Below, one piece after another: positions 39,736 to 52,708 of a stretch of 64,000 nt of DNA. Each line of letters starts with the position of its first letter. The stretch's first letter is position 1. The notes under the pieces are model-generated. The model was not told where the DNA came from. It worked only from the letters and a program-made list of their open reading frames with translations, and searched no databases. A program made the position numbers and the translations under genes. Origin of the DNA: Octopus bimaculoides (Eukaryota). The stretch spans positions 30,396,802 to 30,460,801 of the forward strand of contig NC_068991.1 in assembly GCF_001194135.2 (NCBI RefSeq), read 5' to 3'.

Positions 39736-39786
39736 TCCCGCCAGTTTTCTCCACATAATCTTCGTAGAAGATATCTTAATGGATGG
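39736..39786 (+). CDS. Candidate 51-nt internal coding exon of an unidentified host gene (SRQFSPHNLRRRYLNGW)
   Basis: Long U tract + CAG acceptor (CTTATTTTTTTTCTTTTTGCCAACACTCAG), consensus donor G|GTAAGT, length divisible by 3, two open frames; no partner exon found. Confidence 0.3.
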
Positions 39787-41305
39787 GTAAGTTCCAGGCA
39801 AATCTTCACAATCTTAAAAGTGCTATGTTTCTTGCTGCTGTTTCTGTTACTGTAGAAGAATGTAGCAGCAGTTGTAGTAGACATAATCGCAGTACTACTG
39901 ATAATCAAAATAATAACAATAATAATAATAATCACTCTGTGTGTATGTAATCCTTGTTATCCATTTCAAAATGTCCTCCTTCGTTCGTTTTTTGCCTTCT
40001 TTTGTAAATCTTTGTGTTTATTTTATTTATATATATATTTCACTCTTTTTTTAAAATGTATTCATGTTTTTTTTTTTTTAAATTCGTTATTTACAACAAA
40101 TGTTTCTTTGTTCTCAGTTCTCACTTAAAAGAATGTCTTCTCTTTTCCTCTTTTCATTTATTTATATATTTTTTAAAATTTGCTATTTTCCTTGTTTGAA
40201 AAAAGCTTTAAATGCTTTCGAGGAAAATAAAATGGAGAAGTTTGTCTTGTTTTTGTGGGATTTTTTCGTTTGTTTCGTATATTTTATGCCGTGTTGGAAA
40301 CATTTACCAGGTTTCCCAAAGACGCTGTCTCAGAAAACTGAAAAATAAAAAAAGAAAAATGTNNNNNNNNNNNNNNNNNNNNNNNNNNNNNNNNNNNNNN
40401 NNNNNNNNNNNNNNNNNNNNNNNNNNNNNNNNNNNNNNNNNNNNNNNNNNNNNNNNNNNNNNNNNNNNNNNNNNNNNNNNNNNNNNNNNNNNNNNNNNNN
40501 NNNNNNNNNNNNNNNNNNNNNNNNNNNNNNNNNNNNNNNNNNNNNNNNNNNATATTGCGAAAGTTTGTGGGAGAAGCTGGAAAATGGAATTATCAAAGAT
40601 AAATTACAGTTTCTTATATTTACAGAAGACCAAACATTTGTAGACGTGAAGGCATTAAACAAGAAATATCATACTTGCTAGAATCAATATTACACTACAT
40701 AAATGACAATATATTTTCTTTTACCCCCATACACACCCGAATATCGTCCATAGAATTTAGGAAAATGATTTTCGATTCTCATCGTGACGAAAGCCTTAAT
40801 TTGATCTTGGTAAGATTTGGCGCCAGAATTTCAAGAAAGATGACTTCGGAAGTTTAATACGGAGACTTTAGTTGATCTACTGGACGCAGTTTGGTAGATT
40901 AATATACAACGATGCCTTGACAGGCATCGGTTCGATTTGTAAGCAAGGAATATAAAGCTGAAATCGATAGTTGGCAATGTCAAATATATGAATGAGAATA
41001 ATAATATATTATGCTCAGCTTTACCGTTATCAGCACAGTATAGGATGAGATTGGAGCGCAACTTAAAGGCAACTAGGGAAGGATTTAAAGTTGATATATT
41101 AATGGGATGTAATAATAAACAGGGTTCAGAAAGAATTCGATGAAACTGATGAAGATTGATAGAGGTAACAATAAGTCTAGAGGACAATATGTGTACGAGC
41201 AACGTGCATAAATGGGAACATATATGCAAATAGTCCAGATGCCTACAAGTAAGGTAAGAGAGAAAGAAACGTGTGTAGAAAGAATGATATATATATATAT
41301 ATATA

Positions 41306-41520
41306 TTCTTGTTTTAGTCGTTTGACTGCGGCCAAGATGGAGCAACGCCTTTAGACGAACAAATCGATCCCAGGACTTATTCTTTATAAGCCTAGTACCT
41401 ATTCTATTGGTCTCTTTTGCCGAACCACTTTGTTACGGGGACGTAAACACATCAACATCGGTTGTGAAGTGATGGGGGGGGGGAACAAACAAGGACGCAC
41501 ATACAAACATACAAACATAT
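41306..41520 (-). mobile_element. SINE family B 3' half (head lost in or after the gap)
   Basis: TTCTTGTTTTAGTCGTTTGACTGCGGCC...GGGGACGTAAACAC. Confidence 0.85.
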
Positions 41521-42149
41521 ATATATATATATATATATATANNNNNNNNNNNNNNNNNNNNNNNNNNNNNNNNNNNNNNNNNNNNNNNNNNNNNNNNNNN
41601 NNNNNNNNNNNNNNNNNNNNNNNNNNNNNNNNNNNNNNNNNNNNNNNNNNNNNNNNNNNNNNNNNNNNNNNNNNNNNNNNNNNNNNNNNNNNNNNNNNNN
41701 NNNNNNNNNNNNNNNNNNNNNNNNNNNNNNNNNNNNNNNNNNNNNNNNNNNNNNNNNNNNNNNNNNNNNNNNNNNNNNNNNNNNNNNNNNNNNNNNNNNN
41801 NNNNNNNNNNNNNNNNNNNNNNNNNNNNNNNNNNNNNNNNNNNNNNNNNNNNNNNNNNNNNNNNNNNNNNNNNNNNNNNNNNNNNNNNNNNNNNNNNNNN
41901 NNNNNNNNNNNNNNNNNNNNNNNNNNNNNNNNNNNNNNNNNNNNNNNNNNNNNNNNNNNNNNNNNNNNNNNNNNNNNNNNNNNNNNNNNNNNNNNNNNNN
42001 NNNNNNNNNNNNNNNNNNNNNNNNNNNNNNNNNNNNNNNNNNNNNNNNNNNNNNNNNNNNNNNNNNNNNNNNNNNNNNNNNNNNNNNNNNNNNNNNNNNN
42101 NNNNNNNNNNNNNNNNNNNNNNNNNNNNNNNNNNNNNNNNNNNNNNNNN

Positions 42150-42190
<41 letters not shown>

Positions 42191-42584
42191 TATATAATAT
42201 ACATAGATGTATATATATATGTAACATATATATGTGTGAGTGTGAGTGTGTGTATGCATAAATAATATATATTTCATATACATATAATTGTAGATACGCA
42301 CACAAAAGTATGCAAAATCTTAAACAAAGGACAATGTGGAAGCTGTTACACAGTCATTCGGACTGTAAAAATTGGCTCCAAATCTCCCTCAAATGTTGCG
42401 ATGATTGTGGTTAAAATACCATTGACGACAGACCCAACTTTCAGACGTTGAGCTGGGGCTCATCAAGCAACAGGAACTACAGCAATAAAAACAGCTGCAA
42501 CAACAAAGACAGCGCTCCATACACTCTCTGTAGTCACACCGACACAGTGAACTGCATGAAACGGTTTTACATATATTTTTCGCC

Positions 42585-42740
42585 CTTATTCAAATTCTGA
42601 GTTCAAATTCGGCCGAGGTTGACTTTACCTTTCATTCTTTCGGAGTCGATAAAATAAGTACCAGTTGGATAATGGGATCAATGTAATCGACTTAGCGCAT
42701 TCCCCGAAATTTCTGGCCTTGTGCCAAAATGTGAAACCAA
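42585..42740 (+). mobile_element. SINE family A copy (5'-truncated)
   Basis: TTCTGAGTTCAAATTCGGCCGAGGTTGAC...GGCCTTGTGCCAAAATGTGAAACC. Confidence 0.85.
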
Positions 42741-42792
42741 TACACACACACACACGCACACACACACACACACATTTATATATATGTATATA

Positions 42793-42950
42793 TAGTTGAA
42801 ATTTACAGAAGTACAAAAGACGAAGACAGGTGTATAAACAGCAAGTAGGTGTAGTAGTTTGACGCTCGGTAAGGTGAGAAAGTCTTTTACCTTTCGAGCC
42901 TATGCTTTCCAAGAGAAAGGAACACGAGGAAATAAACAGGAGAACAAAAC
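42793..42950 (-). mobile_element. Penelope-type terminal repeat fragment with a degenerate hammerhead-like motif
   Basis: Shares CAAAAGACGAAGACAGGTG...GTCTTT.AC.TT.CGAGCCTA.GCT.TTCCA..GAAAGGAACAC with 60114-60300; follows a TA-rich tract. Confidence 0.6.
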
Positions 42951-42974
42951 ACTTTTGGAATTAGCAGTCGATCA

Positions 42975-43715
42975 TAGGTCGTCAAGTATGAAATTTCTAG
43001 AAAAGAAAACTGTTTGCTAGTGTTTTATAAATACAAGAAATAGTTTTATTTATCAAAGTATGCACCCGTATTGTTAATACACTTTTCCCATTTCAGCGGC
43101 AGCTTGTCCAGCCTGGAAATGTAAAAGCCTGGTAATCTAGAGTCAATAAAATCTTGGAAGGCCTGTTTTACAGCATCGTCGGAATTTAGTTTTTTTCTTA
43201 TCAAAACGTTATCCAAATTCTGGAAGAAGTGATAGTCAGTGGGGGAAGAATAGGTGTGTATGGTGGATGCTGGAGAACTTCCAACTCCAGCTCCTGTAGT
43301 TTCGCCAATGTCATATTTGCAATGTGTGGTCTGGTGTTGTCTTGCAATAAAATAGGGTCTGTTGGCTAATATAGGCTGTTTTTTTTTTCTAAGTTTCTAC
43401 ACCATTTGGTCCAAGTCGCTGCAGTATACTTTGGCCGTGATTGTGAGCCAGGTTTAATGAAATCATAATGGATCACACCTGCGCCAGACAGCCAAACACA
43501 CACCATCAGCTTCTTTTGATGAATTTTGCTTTGGTGGTTTGTGTTTGTCCAATCATTGTGCTGAACGTTTACAGTTGTCGTATTGGATCCTTTTCTCACA
43601 TGGTACAATTCGATTCAAAAATGATTCATTTTTGTGACAGGAAAGTAGCATACTGCAGGCTTCCAAACGTTGCCGTTTCTGATTTTCAATGAGTTCATGT
43701 GGAACCCGACAATTG
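42975..43715 (-). mobile_element. Mariner transposase relic (DD34D type), 5'-truncated
   Basis: Minus translation: VPHELIENQKRQRLEAC..FLNRIV..; ILLQDNTRPH..QHPPYTP.L..TDYHFFQNLDN; LDKLPLKWEKCINNTGAYFDK*; spacing fits DD34D after restoring a 1-nt deletion. Confidence 0.9.
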
Positions 43716-43717
43716 AT

Positions 43718-43867
43718 GGTGGTATTTCGTCTGTCTTAACGTTCTGAATTCAAATTCTGCTGCTGTCATCCTTTCGGGGTCCAAGTTCCAGTTGAGCACT
43801 GGGTTCAATGTAATCAACCTACCCTTTCTCCGAAATTGCTGGCCTTGTGCAAAAGTTGGAAACCAAT
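43718..43867 (+). mobile_element. SINE family A copy at the mariner truncation point
   Basis: GGTATTTCGTCTGTCTTAACGTTCTGAATTCAAATTC...GGCCTTGTGCAAAAG. Confidence 0.8.
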
Positions 43868-43894
43868 ATGTATGACTACATACATACGTTCAAA

Positions 43895-43965
<71 letters not shown>

Positions 43966-44405
43966 AGATAATTATGTGTATTCTGGTTGACACGTGCAAG
44001 TTTCAAAGTGATTACTACATGCTTGTGTTAAAAGTATGTTGAGTGCACAATAATGTGTGATTATGTAATTAGATCTCTAGCAGGGTTTCGTGTAGATAAC
44101 CGAACGGATACTGACGACTGGTGGCGGATGGTTAGCAGAGTTTGGAATGTTTCAAAAATAATAATTATCGATAAGTATGCCTGAAATTACAGCATGGATT
44201 TAATTGCGTAGTTATACGCACACACGCGCGGCGTGCATACACATTCGTATCTACCCCTTTCTTTCTTTCACCCTCTCTCTGTACATACACACTCATACAA
44301 ACACACACACACACACACACACACACAATATGTACATAAGGTTCGAATATGAATGTAGGAACTTTATTGTTACCAATTTAGAAAATATGAAACATAAAAG
44401 CTGTT

Positions 44406-44483
<78 letters not shown>

Positions 44484-44486
44484 GTG

Positions 44487-44535
<49 letters not shown>

Positions 44536-44839
44536 TTGTGTACACAACCACATTCACACACTCACATACACATATGTGTGTTTGTAAGCTTTCAGGTTTG
44601 CAAACAGGAGAAAAAGCACTGAAAGTTGCGGTGTTTCACAGACCCAGAAGTCTAGTTCTTAACATTTGGCTTCGCGGCACATGATGTTCATCGCATCTGT
44701 TACTCGATCAATATTCTAGAATGTAGTTGGTTAATGAACCCACATGGTAGTAATTATTTCTCGGTAGATATCTTCAATATCATGTTGCTCCGATTTTCAA
44801 CTTGATGGATAGTATTCTGCTTGCCACTGGAAGTATCTC

Positions 44840-45250
44840 AGTGGCTGGCATCTGAGCGCAAATTTTTTTCAATGCCTCGATTATTTGCATAAATATGTTA
44901 TATTTTTCAAGCAGGCACTATAAGTACACATTTCTTGACTCCTTAGCTACAGACATGCAGTTTTTACAAGCGACCAGGTTATGTTAGTGTTTTTCAATCA
45001 CTTCTCCTTCAAATTAGAGATTATTAAGATAACAAATGGGTGTCCTGGGTGTGCATGGTGCTGAGCGTATTTTTTGGTGAGGCCCATATAATTCTTCTCA
45101 TTCCTGTTTGGTGAAATTATTTTGGATGCAGACATCAGTGCCTTCATAAGCCAACTGTTGTTCAGATTATGGAGTATGGCGTTGGAGTATTTAAACTCAG
45201 GTGCACCGTTTAGTTTATTCATCATCCTCTTAACTATTTCTATGAATATT
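44840..45250 (-). mobile_element. Penelope-like GIY-YIG endonuclease relic
   Basis: Minus translation: NNSWLMKALMSASKI..NEKNYMGLTK..ISNLKEK..NITWSLVKTA..; resembles the PLE C-terminal YIG.T...W.LK......W.I....C.LC pattern. Confidence 0.55.
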
Positions 45251-45965
45251 AAGCTATGGAGGGTGCAATATTTTACGTACAGCTATTACTGAATACTACA
45301 TTATTCTTATTGAACAGATTATAGTATTCTTTAGTATTGGGGGATGCGTTTCAATATTGGGGAGATTTTTTCCTGACATGATCCGCGTGCATTATATATA
45401 TTTATATAAACACACATATATTGATGGCCTTTGCGTTTTAATTTCATATGCAATAAATATTTTATTTGTATCCTCTTTCATTTCGAAAATTGTTAAAGAA
45501 ATTTTCAGTGCTTTACAGCATATCTTTCTAAGTCATGCTAGAGATTCGTCCAGGTTCTTATGACTGGAAAGAGTGGTTAGAATGATTGTTTATGTAGTAT
45601 AGTTTCCTTGTTAGATTTTCTGTAGGTGACTTATTTATAACTAAGCGATTAAGCTACAAAACAGAGAGAGTAGCGCAAAAGAGACTAAGAAGAGGATTGG
45701 AATAAAGTGAGGAAGGAAGATGAAGGGTAAGTGACAAGAAAGCAAACACTTGAATAGGGAAGGTTCCCGAGAACCTTACAGAGTAAGGATTCGAATTCAG
45801 GAGAAGTTTATCTTTGTTCCCAAGTAAATTGCTCTATCTGGCTGTAATATACACTACATACTTAATGAATGTTTTGTTATGCTACCGCACTGAGTTCAAC
45901 ATTATAGCCACAACACAAGCGATTGCGTGCTCAATAATATGTGTGAATGTATCTAAGTATGTATG

Positions 45966-46014
<49 letters not shown>

Positions 46015-46159
46015 CAGGCTATTATTCAGGCCAAGGATATCTTGATTAAATGAAAGTTGACATTCTAGTTTAAAAAGTCACATCAGACGCCATGATGAAT
46101 CTGTCCGACACTCTGCATAAGAAGTAGGCAACCACCATGTATGTGTTTATATGTGGAGT

Positions 46160-46222
<63 letters not shown>
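46160..46222. repeat. (GATA)n microsatellite
   Basis: Read directly from the sequence. Confidence 0.97.
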
Positions 46223-46608
46223 GTTTGTCTACATGTAATCATATATTGATTGACTTGTGGATGAATACTTACAACATACTGCCTGCTAAACTGAGTTTGT
46301 AAGCCTATTACCTGGCCTGTCCGAATACGTGTAATAATATATTACCAGAGATTTGTTTCTAGCTGTTATTCACCATCAGGTGGATAATAATGGAAGCCAA
46401 AAGCTATGATAGTGGTCAGACAGTTACAATTCAACTCATACATAAATCTTGTCAATTCTGTCGAATGATCCTAAATGGTCAATTCTTTTTATTGTATTGA
46501 TATAATTTAGCCCCAGGCTAAATAATACCTACGGGATCTATGATAAAAGCCATTCCATCCCTCATTATCACATGCTCGATTTTATCATTTTCAGCTGACA
46601 TAATCGTA

Positions 46609-46798
46609 AGCACGTCAAGTGAAATGCTTAGCGACATGTCATCCGTCTTCACGTACTGAGTTAAAATTTCGCCGAGATCGATTTTACTTTCATCCTTTAG
46701 GGATCGATAAAAATAAGTGCCAGTTGAGTACTGGTGTCGATGTAATCGACTTACCCCGTCCCATGAAATTTCTGGACTTCTGCCAAAATTTGAAACCT
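46609..46798 (+). mobile_element. SINE family A copy
   Basis: GAAATGCTTAGCG...GAGTTAAAATTTCGCCGAGATCG...GCCAAAATTTGAAACC. Confidence 0.87.
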
Positions 46799-47195
46799 TT
46801 ATTTTCCTGAGTAGCAACACAAGGCCAGAATATCAATTGTTTCTGATTTAAATTGTGGCATTTCTTATTTCTAGGATGTCGAGTAGCCTCACAGAGTCTT
46901 CCATGTTGGCATGGCTTTAGACCGTTGGAAACACTGGTGTGATGGCGTGTATCGAAGAGTCACCCTGTTGTTTTCTCTGGACACCCCTTCCCCCACAATA
47001 GTGGGAGACTGGGTATTACTGATTTAACATGACAGCTGACTAAACTGAAATTACCCCGAAAATTTCTTTAAGTGACAGCACTGAAATTCGATCCCTTCTT
47101 AATGTTGCTACACATTTAGGTGGATGGTGGATTTAATTTGATTTTTAAAAATGACTGTTATTTACACACACACACACACGTAAACACACACACAT

Positions 47196-47275
<80 letters not shown>

Positions 47276-47306
47276 TGTATACACGTAATGTATACATGTA
47301 TGTATG

Positions 47307-47344
<38 letters not shown>

Positions 47345-47643
47345 CGTGTATACGAATATATATATATATACATGAATATCTATGAGTGTGCGTGTGTGTG
47401 TATATGCGTGTGTGTATATACACTTTTGTGCGTATTTTTAAGTAATTGTGCGTACGTACATACATACATACACACAAGTAATTGTGCGTACGTACATACA
47501 TACATACACACGTATCCATACATATATATACACGAGCATGCTCGCATGCACCTGCACGAATACGTACACACACATAATCACATATTTTATTCTAATATAT
47601 ATGCATGCATACATAAATATATACATATATACAAGCGCGCGCG

Positions 47644-47676
<33 letters not shown>

Positions 47677-48066
47677 AGGAAGTTGAGCTCTCGATGATCT
47701 TGACGATTTTACGATCTCCTGTTGAGAGCAAGACAGTGATGTGGTTTCCGGTTGCCTACTTCGAAGCTCAAGGAAGTTTGCATGATACTTTTACAGCAAG
47801 GTAGCTAAACACATGTTACATATATGGATATCTGTTGTCTGTGTGAGGTGAAATCTCTTATTGTTAGATATTCAAACCTGGGAAAGACTGGCTCTCGATT
47901 TGGGAGTATTACAACTGGAAGGAATTGAAACTAGTCTCTTTCTTTATACTTTGTACACTACTCCCTCTATTCTGTTTTGCAACTCAGAACGTAAAAGACA
48001 GGACTAAATACCACAAGGTATTTTGTCCGACAATCTGACGACAATCTGTTAATTAGCAGCATTATA

Positions 48067-48101
<35 letters not shown>

Positions 48102-48460
48102 GTGTGTGTGCGTATAATAGTGTGTGTGCGTGCGTGCGCGCGGTGAGACAGACCCATAGATATATAGATTGACACACAGATAGTTAGCTAGCTAACGAGA
48201 CATTCAAACAGACAAATAGAGAGACAGACAAATAGACAGACAGACAGATAGACAAAGAAACTGATTGATATAGACATGGATGTAGTGGAATCTGTTAGTG
48301 TCGCTAAATCATGCATTTGCACTTGAGAGACCTTTATGTAAACTACATTGGGGTATTCGAGTATTTTTTTTTCTGTTTTCTTTTATCTCTTTATATCGAG
48401 CAGTATTGGACTCACTTGTGGGCCGATGACAAACACACTAGGGCGTGGTGGGACAAAATA

Positions 48461-48714
48461 CATTGGAGCGACAGTAACAGAAGCATTTGTGGGAAAGTGG
48501 CCGTCCCAATATGCCGATGAGTAACAGACTAACTTTTGTGGCAGCAACACACTCACTCGTAAGAACGACAGCAAACCATAGTTGAGACAACAACAGACCT
48601 ACTGTTGGTACGGTGACAAATATACTGGTGGGACAGTAACAGACCTACTTTCGAGACGGCGGCAGGCTCATTGGAGGGACGATGACAGGACCACTGGTGG
48701 AACAGTGACAGACC
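48461..48714. repeat. Degenerate 23-bp minisatellite, 11 units (consensus ~YACTGGTGGGACAGTRACAGACC)
   Basis: Unit starts at 48577, 48600, 48623, 48646, 48669 and 48692 are exactly 23 bp apart. Confidence 0.8.
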
Positions 48715-49777
48715 TGGTGAAATCGAGATCTGTTGATGTTCTGACAGGTGGAACAAAAAACAAATCTTAATTATAATACTTCTTATTCAACTATGAGTTA
48801 GTTCCTAGATGGATCCAGACCTATTATCAAAAGCTCTCCTACCATGATCTTCCTTTCAGTGACTGTATATCTAGAACTACATCAACCAATGTGTCCTCTA
48901 TCAAGCACCTGTATGTCATCCTCAAGTTTTAACCCTCAATCTTTCATCTTAAACTTCGACAATAAGTTTACCAACTGAGATACTATGCTGGCTGATGTAC
49001 AACTGACAAAATGTTTCAGTATTTAGTTTCATTGGTCAACAATTTGAGTTCAAATCTCGTAACAGTTGCTGCTGTTGTTATGTAACCTGAGGTTTTCTTT
49101 GATCAAGGATTCATACAAATGAAAATGTTCCATCCGTGGCCATATCGTCATATTTCTACGACATGACTACATTATCCAATAAGTCCTCCATTTTTAAAGA
49201 TGGTTCAGTATGAACTGAAGAATAGTTAGTTGTTCTTTCTAGCGGGATGAACAACCACATAGATGGGGGAAATCGTTAGCTTGTTACTAAATCTAATTTC
49301 TTTGTCTCTATCGCCGTTCCTTGAAAAACATTTCCTTTATTATAACAGTTTTAATTTATTTAATTTCTTTTGGTTTTTGTTATTTTATCGATAAAATAGG
49401 CAATAATTTTGAATCAAATTAAATAGACCATCCAGAAAACTGCATAGAAACATTAACAAGAGATCGAATTTCGATGCTGTCACTTAAAGAAAATTTTCGA
49501 GGCTATTTCACTTTAGTCAGCTGTCATTTTAAATCAGCGAGGAATTGCATTGTTTTTATCCGAGAAATTTGATCTGAAATTAGATTTTATAACTTGCTTA
49601 CTCTCAGATGAGAGAGAAAGAAAGAAAGACAGACCAAGAATCGGAAAATATTTCATCACAGATTCAGAGAAAATTTCTGATATACAGGAAGACTTGTATA
49701 TATATATATATATATATNNNNNNNNNNCACAGCAAGCGAGAGCAAGGGCATATATAGATGTATATGTATGTATATGC

Positions 49778-49832
<55 letters not shown>

Positions 49833-49967
49833 TGTTAGCTGATTGAACTTCACGCTACCGATTATTCTAACGAATACACTGAATAACCGGCAGCGTAAAA
49901 CTCAGAGTTACGATTCAAGAAATTTCAGAATTTTAATGCTTCCTCTCTCTCTGTCTCTGTCTCTCTG

Positions 49968-50053
<86 letters not shown>

Positions 50054-50315
50054 TACATATACACACATATATATACATATAGCATAACGTGAAGTTCAAT
50101 CAACAAATATGTATGTAGTATACTGTGTATGTATGTATGTATGTATGTATGTATGTATGTATGTATGTATATATATATACATACATACACGTATATATAT
50201 TCCCTTCGTCTCTAAATATCGGTAATATATATACACGACAAAAGGACTCTATACTGTGTCGAGACCTTTCTGCAAATATATATGTGCGAGGGCGCGTTTA
50301 TATATCTAGCCATAT

Positions 50316-50379
<64 letters not shown>

Positions 50380-50479
50380 GCACATAAATACATACATACA
50401 TACAAACATATATACACATACATACACAATGATGGATATCTATATTTGTCTAATGAAACACATAATCACAGACACGATA

Positions 50480-51060
50480 TTGTATTACATGTTTCAGTCA
50501 GAACTCGAGGTCTTAGAAAGAAACCGAAAACGGATTCAGGAAGAATCAGTCAACTACTTGACAGATCCTTACCTATTGGAAGAAACATTGAGAAACTCAA
50601 GGCAAAAAATCTACGAGAAATCTTATTGTTTGTACACTTTGGGCTTCAGTATTTGATGTAAACATGGACCAAATTCTTCTTTAAAATGACATACCTCATG
50701 CAGCAGAAAGAATGCTCTACATGAGTACCCGAACTGATATACTCGATATATATTCTACAACAACACACGCTCACCTGACAGAGACACTGGTATTTTCGAA
50801 ACCAGTGCAGATGCTTTGCAAGGCAAGACACTTGCTCCTTTGCTATTTAATACCAGCCTGGTCAAAGGCCTTCACGATTCACTTAATAAAAACAAAGGAG
50901 TCAGCTTCATTCCAGCCGCAACAACATACACAGAATATACTGATGATATCACTCTCTACACAGGAATCATTTCAGAAGCTCCATATTATTGAAAATGGAG
51001 AAGTAGATATTGATCTTTACTTTAATGCCTGAAACACTCAATATGTGTATTATAACCAAG
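50480..51060 (+). mobile_element. RTE-clade reverse transcriptase relic
   Basis: RNIEKLKAKNLREILLFVHF (cf. RRILEG..AKNL...LFVDF), RSPDRDTGIFET.A..LQGKTLAPLLF, YTDDITL. Confidence 0.75.
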
Positions 51061-51595
51061 GAGGCCCCGTGAATATAACCACAGAGACCTCTTTCTAATA
51101 TCCGTACATAAAAATGTACACACATAGGAAAGAGTGGAAAAATCCGTCCGCAAAATGTTAAGTACTTCTTTATAGATTAAATATCATTTGAAATATCATA
51201 TAGGAGGGTCTTTAAAGAATTAGCACCCGTTCTTTTGTTGAATCCGGACTGCCCTACAGGTCTACTAATTGTCTGCACACCAAACTCCTGGAGCTGATGT
51301 TTGACGACGCTGATCTCTGTTGTTGATTGAGGAACGGAGCCCAGTACATCTCGGAGTAGCGGTCAACAAACCATGAAATGATCCAAGAATAGGAATTCCA
51401 CCTTCGTTTTTTGCACACAACATAGAAAGAATGGGTTTACATTCTAATTATACTTATATCGAGTATTTATATTTAAATGTGTATGTATGTATGTATGCAT
51501 GTATGTATGTATGCATATATGTATGTATGTGTGTATGTATGTAAGTGTGTGTCTATCTATCTATCTATCAATCCATCCATCCATTCATCCATCCT

Positions 51596-51651
<56 letters not shown>

Positions 51652-52346
51652 CCTATCTATCTATCTATATATATATATATATATACATACATACATATAT
51701 ATATATATNNNNNNNNNNNNNNNNNNNNNNNNNNNNNNNNNNNNNNNNNNNNNNNNNNNNNNNNNNNNNNNNNNNNNNNNNNNNNNNNNNNNNNNNNNNN
51801 NNNNNNNNNNNNNNNNNNNNNNNNNNNNNNNNTATATATATACACTATGCGGAATTATGATGGCTGGTATGATCGAACCGAGCCATCCCCATGACAGTCA
51901 GATGACAGTCTCAGCCGGAAGACATGTAATACACTGAGTAGTTAAAGAGGTTTTGTGGTTTATAGTTAATCAGTGCATTCTTCACGTTGTTAATTACTGT
52001 TACAGAATATATTTATCAAGTGCATGAATGAGTATCACCAGAGTGACTTAGCCTAGATGCACAGCGAATGAGAGAACTTCAATGTCGTCCACCGACCTGC
52101 TACAAAAAAATTAATTAATATCCTTCAAATTACACTCAACTATCGTGTATAAGGTCAGCGTACCACTAAAAAATGAGATGGTCACGACGGGAGTGACCAT
52201 CTCATTTTCGTACTCCATCATAATTGTACTCATAATTGTACTCGATCATCGTTGACGTGTTAAATAACAATAACAAACCTAGAAGTCTTCAGAAATACCA
52301 CTTTAACTTTACAAGGGTATATTCCGCAGTCGTCAAACTTGAAGAT

Positions 52347-52708
52347 ATTCTTTTATTCTTATATTTGTTTCAGTCATTAGACTGCGACCATGCTGGGGCA
52401 CCGCCTTTGAATTTTTGTCGAGCGAATCCACTCCAGTCTGGTACCAGTCTGGTACTTCTGTCCGTTACCTTTTGCCGAAACGCTAGGTTACAGACCCTAA
52501 AGACAACAGCACCGGTTGTCAAGCAGCGGTGGCGGACGCACAAACACATACACACGACGGGCGTCTTTCTATCAAATCTACTCACAAGGTTTTGGTCGGC
52601 CTGAGGATATCGCAGAAGGCACTTGCCCAAAGTGCTGGGCAGTGGACCTGAATCCGGAATCCCATGACTGATATGCAAACTCCTTACCATACAGCCATGC
52701 CTGTGCCT
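52347..52708 (-). mobile_element. SINE family B, diverged copy with almost no internal microsatellite
   Basis: TTGTTTCAGTCATTAGACTGCGACC...CACACGACGGGCG...CCTTACCATACAGCCATGCCTGTGCC. Confidence 0.8.

Noticed and set aside
47675-47810. Open 41-codon stretch after (GT)n-ACAG (EVELSMILT...)
   Set aside because: No pyrimidine tract, weak donor and no recognisable motif
48461-48714. CRISPR-like regular periodicity (also the 20-, 24- and 50-bp arrays)
   Set aside because: No identical repeats alternating with unique spacers, no cas genes, and a eukaryotic context; these are degenerate tandem repeats
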